This document shows positions 36,152 through 64,000 of a DNA stretch of 64,000 nucleotides, in pieces. This DNA is from Mobula hypostoma (lineage: Eukaryota). The notes under the pieces are model-generated. The model made no database searches, was not told the DNA's origin, and saw nothing but the letters and a program-made list of their open reading frames with translations. Position numbers and translations under genes: made by a program. The stretch covers positions 87,730,001 through 87,794,000 of the forward strand of contig NC_086107.1 of NCBI RefSeq assembly GCF_963921235.1. Direction: 5' to 3'. Each line of letters opens with the position of its first letter. Position 1 is the first letter of the stretch.

Positions 36152-38049
36152 CTATGGGAAACGGGAGGTGGAGGGGTGCAGAGAGTACGAGTGACACGTT
36201 GATTTAAAGATACCTGAACTGATCTGGGAGAAGCCCTAAGAAACTGTTTCCCCTCGCAGAATAGCTTGATATATTGTCATACAAAAGACAATGATATTAT
36301 CAACTTTGTAGAGTGTGTGCATAATATATTTAAAAAATATCAACTCTAGAGGCAGGAATGCCCGTCGTATTAACTATTATTGTAAATAAGTTGCAACCTC
36401 ATGGAAATCGGACGGTCGGTGGATGTAAATGATGGGATTGTCCGCGAGCGTTATGTTTCGGTTTGTGGACAGCCCGGCCATTGGGATTGAAGATACTGTG
36501 AGCGCCAAGGCAGTTTTGATAAAAGTTTCCACTCCCACCAGCACTACAGACTACCTGGTTTACTTTAAATGATCCTTTCCTGGATTGTACTGAAGAACTT
36601 GTATAATTATCATTCTGGCCATTTAAAAATACTACCTGTACAAAGCCCACACAAAGCCCACACGTCATCCTTCTTTGTTGACAGATTTTCTTCCCGATGT
36701 GATACTGGGAAAGAAATTTAGTGGATGTGCTGTGTGTGTGTGTGTGTGTGTACCTCATACAACAGCTGGGGCGGCCCGATTATCTTCCTCCTAGTCTGCT
36801 CGAGCAGCCGAACATTTTGCCTGAACAATTTCCTGCTGTTGGAACGATTCACACTGACTCTCATTACTTCGGAGTAGCACAAGACAGTGGACACAAGGTG
36901 GGCTTCTCATCTCTTCGGGAATTCCGACAGAACACAATGAATTAACTCTAATTTTTTTTTCCCGCTTTTTAATTGTCTACTGAAATTGTTGTTATAAGGT
37001 GTGTGGCTTAGCTAATGGGAATGATTAACTACAGACAGGAAACGAGCCGACTCAGCCACCAGGATAGCAGCAGCGAATTCTTATGGCCAGATGATACACC
37101 CAGTGTGATCAGGCCGGTAATACTTTCCAAATTCGCTTGATGAACTAGTAACAATTACAGTGTGATGCCTCAGAGGCTGAGAAGACTATGGATTAAAATC
37201 ACACTATGCGCAAGACTTCAAAAGAGTGATTAAGTGAACTTCCGATCATCACTGCTTGCGACTGGGCATTATACGATTTGGATCGTCTTTTCTGCGTCTG
37301 TACGGAAGTAGCTCATGAAGCTAACACTGCTGACCCTTCACCTTAGTTATGAAATGCATTGCGCACTAACCGGTCAGGTTGTTGGGTGTGATCTACAGGG
37401 TCCACACAATTGGGCCAGTTGAGCCTCCAACCCTGAATTGTAGTGCGTTACGAGCTGAGAAGGGAGCAACCAACTTAACAGTCCATCGATATGACTCTTG
37501 CCAACGCAACTGTTTTGAAGGATGGCGACAGATTCTTGAACGGACCTCTTGTACGACCGGATGGAGTCATCACATCACAATCTACTTCATTAGGATCTTT
37601 CACTTTGACGTTCACTTTCTCTGTAGCTTTTACCACAGCCAAATGCACAATGAATGATCCGATTTGTAGGAACAGCATGCAAAACAACAATAAACCAATT
37701 CCAATTCCATTCTGCTGCTTGAAGACCATTGAACTATTGAATAAGATTAGACTTCTACGGCCTTGCAACTTATTGTCTGCCTGCACTGCACTTTCTCCCT
37801 CATTGCCAGACTTTAATCCGTTATCAAATGAATATGCTATTTTTGCTGTTATTATTGCATATCACTACCTGGTCGTATGGACGTGGTGAAATGATCTGCC
37901 TGGCAGCCGCTCTATAGAAACAATGTGACAGCACTGCGAAGGTCTCCTGCATTGAGTCACACGGAGAGAGTGGAGAGGCCAGGACTGTGTCCCCCAGAGT
38001 GCAGGAGGCTAAGAGGTGACCAGATAGAGGTCAGCTTCGGTTCCCCCGG

Positions 38050-40170
38050 GTCGAAAACCACAAGATTTAGGAGCAGAATTAGGCCATTTGGCCCATCGAG
38101 TCTGCTCTGCCATTCCATCATGGCTGATCCATTTCCCCTCTCAGCCCCAATCTGCCTTGTCCCGTATCCTTTCATGCTCTGACTAATCAAGAATCTGTCA
38201 ACCTCTGCCTTAAATATACCCAATGACTTCACCTCCACAGCTGCCTGTGGCAGACAATTCCCCAGATTCACCATTCTTTGGCTAAATAAATTCCTCTTCA
38301 TCTCCATTCTAAAAGGACTTCATCTATTCTGAGGCTATGTCCTTTGTACTCCCCCACTATAGGAAACATCCTCTCCACATCCACTCTTCTGGAGCCTTTT
38401 AACATTCGCTAAGTTTCAATGAGGTAATTCTTCTGAATTCCAGTGTGTAGAGGCCCCAGAGCCATCAAATGCTTCTCAAATGACAAGCCTTTCAATTCTG
38501 GGATCGTTTTAGTGAATTTCCTTTGAACACTTTCCAATATCAGTACATCCTTTCTTAGATAAGGGGCCCAAAACTGCTCGCAATTGTTACGTACCCCGTA
38601 ACTGGGTTGCCAAACCAGCAGAAATGGATCACTCAGTTGGAGTCTGGAGTACTAGAACTAAGAAAGTTTTATTAAAGAAACAAGCAACACAGTAATCGAA
38701 AGGATAATAAATGCAACAGTTCAGCGATGATAAACACACATGTGCACAGAATTAAGATAACAGCATCAATCAAGCTCTATCGTTGTCTAGGGGTAAATGA
38801 CCAAATTTCAAAATGACTCAAAGTTCAGTCCAGTTAGTTCGCAGTAATCGTTGCCATGGCGAGGGACAACGTGGGGGGAGAGAGAGATAGAATAGGAACA
38901 ACTGATCATTCAGAACACTGCTTCACTCACAGACCAGCGAGATGGCTCACAGACCAGCGAGATGGCTCACAAACAGCTTTTGGGTGGGTCCTTGGTGATG
39001 TCACCTGAGGTCACCGACTGTGACCCCTCCTCCAGATGCGGTCGATCCTCTGCAGTGAACCCGGCACCCAGGCAAGGGCGGACACACACCGGGTTCCCGC
39101 TGATCGTACCTTTCCACCCTGGTCGTTGTCTGGTACTTCTCACCCACTCGTGAGAAGCGTACCGCTTCCAGGGTCTCGTTACCTCGGGTGGCGTGTGTCT
39201 GTCTTAGCGAACCTGTCCCTTTTTATCCCCCTGCTGGGGTATCGCCTGTCCATCACTTCAAACAGTTCCATTGTTCCTTATCTCTCCTTCCCCTGAGGGC
39301 AGGTGGCAGACCAACTGCTGATGCCACTGATGCGAGCCCAGGCCAGCAAACATCTTAATTTTATGTGTATTCTCGTAACACAATACTCCTAGAGAAGCCT
39401 CACCAGGGCCTTATAAAGCCTCAACATTACATCCTTGCTTTCATATTCTAGTCCTCTCAAAAAGAATGCAAAAATCACATACTCAACTTGCAAATTAACC
39501 CTTAGAGAATCATGCACAAGGACTCCCAAGTCCCTTTGCACTTTGCATTTTTGAATTTTATAAAATAGTCGACCCTTTCATTTCTACTACCAAAGTGCAT
39601 GACAATCTACTTCCAGACACTATATTCCATCTGTCATTTTCCTAATCTGTCTAGTCCTCTATAGCCCCTCTCCTCAAAACAACCCACCCTCTGCCTATCG
39701 TCATATCGTCTGCAAACATGGTCACAAATCCATCATCCAAATTATTCACGTGTCACATAAAAATAAGTGGTCCCAACAGTGAACACCACTAGTCACTGGC
39801 AGCCAACCAGAAAAGGCTCTCTTTGTCTCCTGCCAATCAGCCAATACTCTATCCATGCTAGCATCATTCCTGTAATTCCTTGAGAGCTTAACTTGTTCAG
39901 CAGCCTCATATGTGGCACCACATCAAAGGCTTTATGAAAATCCAAGTACACAACGTCCACAAATTCCAGCTTGTTGTTTCTTCAAAGAATTCCAACAGAT
40001 TTGTCAGGCAAGATTTTCCATTGAGGAAACTACAGCCTATTTTTCATGTGCCTCCAAGTAGCCAAAAACCACATCCTTAACAATCGACTCCAATATTTTT
40101 CTACCCACTGAGGTCAGACTAACTGGCTTCTGCCTCTCTACTTTCTTGAAGTGTGGAGTGACATTATGGG
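38050..40170 (-). mobile_element. Decayed CR1 (3' half) hosting a solo LTR
   Basis: EMKRNLFSQRMVNLGNCLPQAAVE; CR1 3' UTR at ~38060. Confidence 0.85.
38585..39380 (-). mobile_element. Solo LTR (796 bp, Gypsy-type 4-bp TSD)
   Basis: TGTTACG...CGTAACA termini; CAAT TSD on both sides; AATAAA on minus (~38668) gives the orientation; CpG retained. Confidence 0.9.
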
Positions 40171-40217
40171 ACTATTGAACCATTAGACAGTCTCTTGATC
40201 TCTCAATTTTGATCTGC

Positions 40218-41060
40218 CATAGTTGGATGCATCAGCAAGGGAGATGAGGCTGAGTACAGGGCTACGGTAGGAAACTTTGTCACATGGTGTGAGCAGAATT
40301 ATCTGCAGCTTAATGTGAAGAAGACTAAGGAGCTGGTGATAGACGTGAGGAGAGCTAAGGCACCAGTGACCCCTATTTCCATCCAGGGGGTCAGTGTGGA
40401 CATGGTGGAGGATTACAAATACCCGGGGATACGAATTGACAATAAACTGGACTGGTCTAAGAACACTGAGGCTGTCTACAAGAAGGGTCAGAGCCGTCTC
40501 TATTTCCTGAGGAGACTGAGGTCCTTTAACATCTGCCGGACGATGCTGAGGATGTTCTACGAGTCTGTGGTGGCCAGTGCGATCATGTTTGCTGTTGTGT
40601 GCTGGGGCAGCAGGCTGAGGGTAGCAGACACCAACAGAATCAACAAACTCATTCGTAAGGCCAGTGATGTTGTGGGGATGGAACTGGACTCTCTCACGGT
40701 GGTGTCTGAAAAGAGGATGCTGTCCAAGTTGCATGCCATCTTGGACAATGTCTTCCATCCACTACATAATGTACTGGTTGGGCACAGGAGTACATTCAGC
40801 CAGAGACTCATTCCACCGAGATGCAGCACAGAGCGTCATAGGAAGTCATTCCTGCCTGTGGCCATCAAACTTTACAACTCCTCCCTTGGAGGGTCAGACA
40901 CCCTGAGCCAATAGGCTGGTCCTGGACTTATTTCCTGACATAATTTACAAATTACTATTTAACTATTTATGGTTTTATTACTATTTAATTATTTATGGTG
41001 CAACTGTAACGAAAACCAATTTCCCCCGGGATCAATAAAGTATGACTATGACTATGACTA
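40218..41060 (+). mobile_element. Young 5'-truncated Rex1/Babar LINE (open C-terminal ORF to 40914)
   Basis: KKTKELVID..KKGQSRLYFLRRLRSF..FYESVVASAI..WG; AATAAA followed by (TATGAC)n tail. Confidence 0.9.
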
Positions 41061-41240
41061 ATCTACCGTGTCATGGCCCTTGCAAATCACTGACTTGCAA
41101 AGCACTGCACTTTTTCTATGACTGTAACATCATTCTGCACTCTGCTGTAGTTTTGCCTCTACCAGCACAGTGCACTGTATAATGAAATGGTCTGAATGGA
41201 TGAAAAGTCCACGAAAACCTGGCGCCATCCGCTCACTCAC

Positions 41241-41280
41241 CCTTTACTGCCTGGGATCCAGCTCCACTTCCTGCAGCCAC
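41241..41280 (-). other. RUSF1: Probable RUSF1 first (non-coding) exon; TSS approximate
   Basis: Consensus donor AGG|GTGAGT at 41241/41240, ETS GGAAGT, directly downstream of minus-facing CCAAT and GC boxes. Confidence 0.6.
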
Positions 41281-42060
41281 ATACCCTCCAACTCCCTTCT
41301 CCTTATTGGTTAGTGTATTCAGTCCCCGCCCTCAAAAGGCGGGACCTGAACTACCGCCATCTCCATTGGTTAGCAGCCCAAGTTCCCCATCGTCATTGGT
41401 CAACACCTAAACTCCCGCCCTTCCTGTATTGTCTTCAAATATAATTCCGCCTCCATGGTGACACGTCACCAAGTCCCGATTGACATATCAATCGCCTTTC
41501 CTATTGGTCAGTTCTGTTACGCTCCCTCCCACCGCATTGTAGTAGTCAAAACCTTTCAGCTTTGCCTCTATTACCTTCCCATTGGTCAGTGCCAGGCAAC
41601 TACACCGCCTGCTGACAAACTCACCATCACCCCCATCCATTGGGCAGCGACAGTAAACCAACTCCTAATGGACAGAGAGCTATCACCCGTCTTCACTGCA
41701 GGACCACGTAATTTAATTCACCCCTTGTACCGCAGGTGACAAGCCTATGTAGTTGTATAGCCGGTTGATGCTGATTGGCTTGCGCGCTCACTCACCCCGC
41801 CCATCCTGCGTCCTTGCCCAATAGAAGAGTGCGAGCTTTTCGCTCTGTCCATTCAGTGACACGACCGCATCGACCAATAGAGAGGGAACGTTGCCGCGTT
41901 TTTCCAATCAGATGGCGGTTCGAGCCCTCACCAATGAATACGACGAAATCTAACTCCCGCTGATGCGTGTCAGCGGAAGCTGCCTAGCACCAGCCAATCA
42001 GAGCGTGGCGACGCTTTGGAACCAGCCAATAGGAGGCATACGGTCTACCGGGCAACAGTC
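41281..42060. promoter_or_regulatory. Bidirectional CpG-rich promoter shared by RUSF1 and PRR14
   Basis: 7 ATTGG (41305, 41365, 41395, 41503, 41581, 41639, 41774) then 6 CCAAT (41818, 41874, 41904, 41931, 41994, 42026); GC boxes 41324, 41414, 41795; YY1-like CGCCATCT 41355 and AGATGGCGG 41910. Confidence 0.85.
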
Positions 42061-42132
42061 ATTGCGGTGCGAAGGGCGGAACGGCGGGTCAAAGGGGAGA
42101 GGAGGTCGGATGTGTTTCCAGGCCGCTGGAGG
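42061..42132 (+). other. PRR14: Probable PRR14 first exon (5' UTR); TSS approximate
   Basis: Follows the plus-facing CCAAT boxes; donor GG|GTGAGA at 42132/42133. Confidence 0.55.
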
Positions 42133-42139
42133 GTGAGAA

Positions 42140-44110
42140 ACAAGGAGGGGAGGGGGAACGGAGTGGGATAGGTGGGGATGAGGAGATGGGATGAAGGGAA
42201 AGACAAACAAAGGGCAGAGGCAGGCGGATGGTGGGGAGAGTGGATAGACGGGGAGGGGGCATAGAGTGTGGAAGGGTGGGGGCACAGGGGATGGAGTGGG
42301 CTGCAGAGGAACGGTAGAGGGGTAGAGTGAATGAAGGGAAAAGGATAGCAAATGTAGGGAGGGGTCGGAGATGGAGGTGGGGGAGGGGATGAAGAAGAGG
42401 AGGAGGAAGAAGAAGAAGGGATGTGGAAAGCGTGTGTGTGAATGGGGATGAGAGGGATGAGGAGGGGAGTGGGATAAGGGGGACGCGGGAGGGGGAAGAG
42501 GAGAGGGAGGAGGAGGATAGGGGAGACGTAAGAGGGGAGAGGGGGATGGGGAGGAGGAAGATGAGGGGACGTGGGGGGGAGGGGGATGGGGAGGAGGAAG
42601 ATGAGGGGACGTGGGAGGGGGATGGGGAGGAGGAAGATGAGGGGACGTGGCAGGGGGAAGGGAAGAGGAAGGAGGGGCTGGGATGAGGAGTGGGATAGTA
42701 GTGACGGGGAGGGGCTGGGATGAGGAGGGGGATAGCGGTGACAGGGAGGGGCTGGGATGAGGAGGGGGATAGGGGTGACGGGGAGGGTCTGGGATGAGGG
42801 GGGATAGGCATGACGTGGAGGGTCTGGGATGAGGGGGGATAGGGGTGATGGGGAGGGGCTGGGATGAGGAGGGGGATGGGGTGCCGGGGAGGGGCTGGGC
42901 GGAGGGGGATGGGTGGGGTTGAGGAGGTGGATAGGGGTGATGGGGATGGGGTGACAAGGAGGGTCTGGGATGAGGGGGGATAGGGGTGACAGGGAGGGTC
43001 TGGGATGAGGGGGTATGGGGTGACGGGGAGGGGCTGGGATGAGGAGGGGTATAGGGGTGACGGGGAGGGGCTGGGAGGAGGGGGATGGGTGGGGTTGAGG
43101 AGGTGGATAGGGAAGGGAGGGGGATGGGGTGATGGGGAGGGACTGGGATGAGGGGGGATGGGGTGACGGGGTGGGGCTGGGATGAGGAGGGGGATGGGGT
43201 GCCGGGGAGGGGCTGGGATGAGGAGGGGGATAGGGGTGACGGGGAGGGGCTGGGAGGAGGGGGATGGGTGGGGTTGAGGAGGTGGATAGGGGTGATGGGG
43301 AGGGGGATGGGGACGTGGGAGGGGTATGGGGTGACAGGGAGGGTCTGGAATGGGGATGGGGTGACGGGGAGGGTCTGGGATGAGGGGGGATAGGGGTGAC
43401 GGGGAGGGTCTGGGATGAGGGGGATAAGGGTGACGGGGAGGGTCTGGGATGAGGGTTGATGGGGTGACGGGGAGGGTCTGGGATGAGGGTGGATAGGGGT
43501 GACGGGGAGGGTCTGGGATGAGGGGAGATAGGAGTGACGGGTGGGTCTGTTTTGGGGGGATAGGGGTGATGGGGAGGGGTTGGGATGAGGAAGGGGTTAG
43601 GGGTGACGGGGAGGGGCTGGGTTGAGGAGGGGGATGGGGTGACGGGGAGGGGGAAGATGGGAGAAGGGTTAGGGGAGTGGGGAGAGTGACGAAATGATGG
43701 TGTCGGGGTGACAGAATGGGATGAGGGCATGGGGTGGGGGATGGTGGGAGAGTGATGGTATTCAGAGAGGGTGGGGTGGAAAGGAGTTGGGTATGTGGGC
43801 GGGAGAGGCGGAAGGAGGAGGGGTGCTGAGAGGTACAGTAGGGAGACGAAGGGGAGTGGGATGGAATGAAGGACGAATGGTTTGAGAGATGGGGACAGCA
43901 GCGGAGAGGGACTGGAAAAGGAGAAAGGTGGTTGAGAGGAGGGGAGAATGGGGGTAGAGGAAGTGGGTTGGGCGATTGAGGAATGCAGATGGGGTGGCGT
44001 ATGGGAATGAAAATGGATGGTGGGTGAGGCAGATGGGGGTGTGGTTTGGGGAGAACGTAGTGGGGTAGGAAAGCAAGGCAGCGATGACGGGTGTGTGGGG
44101 GAGGAGGTGT
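42140..44110 (+). repeat. G-rich purine tract with ~33-36 bp minisatellite core (42670-43660)
   Basis: GGGGTGACGGGGAGGG(T/G)CTGGGATGAGGGGGGATA units; almost no C on the plus strand. Confidence 0.92.
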
Positions 44111-44410
44111 TTCACACACCTGCCCTCTGTTGGGATGTCAGGAGTTTAAATACTGGACCCCTGACCCCCTACTCCATGAGGTGTAGTCCTGAAGGGTGTC
44201 TGACAGTCGGTCTCTGACTGGTTAAAAAATGAGCAGAATGGTAGAGATGGGCTGAATAGCTCACTGCTTCTCTTCAATGTTTCCACTATTCTTCCCCACT
44301 CATCACCACCTCTCTGCCCCTCCCCCTGACATCACCCCACCCCCAGTATGCCGGGAACAGAGGTTGCCGCTGCAAGTGCCTGAACTCACCTGCGGCCACT
44401 CGTCAGAAGG

Positions 44411-63978
<19,568 letters not shown>

Positions 63979-64000
63979 GTAAGTGTTCTATGCCTGAAGC

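Noticed and set aside
36555-36634. Possible extra RUSF1 5' exon (tacag|...ccag|gtagtc)
   Set aside because: Weak pyrimidine tract and weak donor; no other support
37138-37180. Plus-strand TGATGA...CTGA box pair
   Set aside because: Only ~43 nt apart and antisense to the host intron
41244-41282. uORF MWLQEVELDPRQ* in RUSF1 exon 1
   Set aside because: The ATG is only ~22 nt from the nearest CCAAT box and probably lies upstream of the TSS
41998-44119. Long Pro-rich minus ORFs (319, 561, 676 aa), and likewise 60927-62210
   Set aside because: Open in all three frames because the C-rich strand of a low-complexity repeat lacks stop codons
44381-44383. Selenocysteine or programmed read-through at the in-frame TGA upstream of PRR14
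   Set aside because: No SECIS visible (the 3' UTR is outside the window), no read-through context, and PRR14 is not a known selenoprotein

Overview
Eukaryotic, repeat-rich vertebrate DNA. The repeat set (CR1, Rex1/Babar, RTE, Penelope/Neptune, V-SINE) points to a cartilaginous fish, probably a ray (inference). Two host genes lie head-to-head around a ~0.9 kb CpG-rich promoter (41.2-42.1 kb) that carries 13 CCAAT boxes pointing outward in both directions. RUSF1 (C16orf58) is on the minus strand: 13 coding exons rebuilt by hand, 27578->14144, 447 aa, plus probable upstream exons at 36054-36151 and ~41241-41280. PRR14 is on the plus strand: 8 coding exons from 44411 to 63978, running off the right edge inside the Tantalus domain. 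All exon phases are consistent and all junctions are GT-AG. Bases 1047-9290 hold a decayed retrovirus-like provirus: LTR, tRNA-Asn PBS, coiled-coil/CCHC gag, PR-RT-tether-RNaseH-IN, no 3' LTR. Its layout resembles lokiretrovirus/spuma-related elements more than an ordinary Gypsy. The rest is nested TEs, minisatellites and G-rich tracts. The most notable fine-scale signals are: an 85-bp duplication that creates a ready-made GT...AG intron and micro-exon in PRR14; a perfect 76-bp Penelope fold-back hairpin whose insertion ends 19 nt upstream of a PRR14 exon; two minimal hammerhead ribozymes with intact cores; inverted TEs flanking the PRR14 exon that carries the HP1-type motif; and a weak C/D snoRNA candidate in RUSF1 intron 1. 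No database searches were run. Family assignments come from recognised motifs, and TE boundaries without a stated TSD are approximate.
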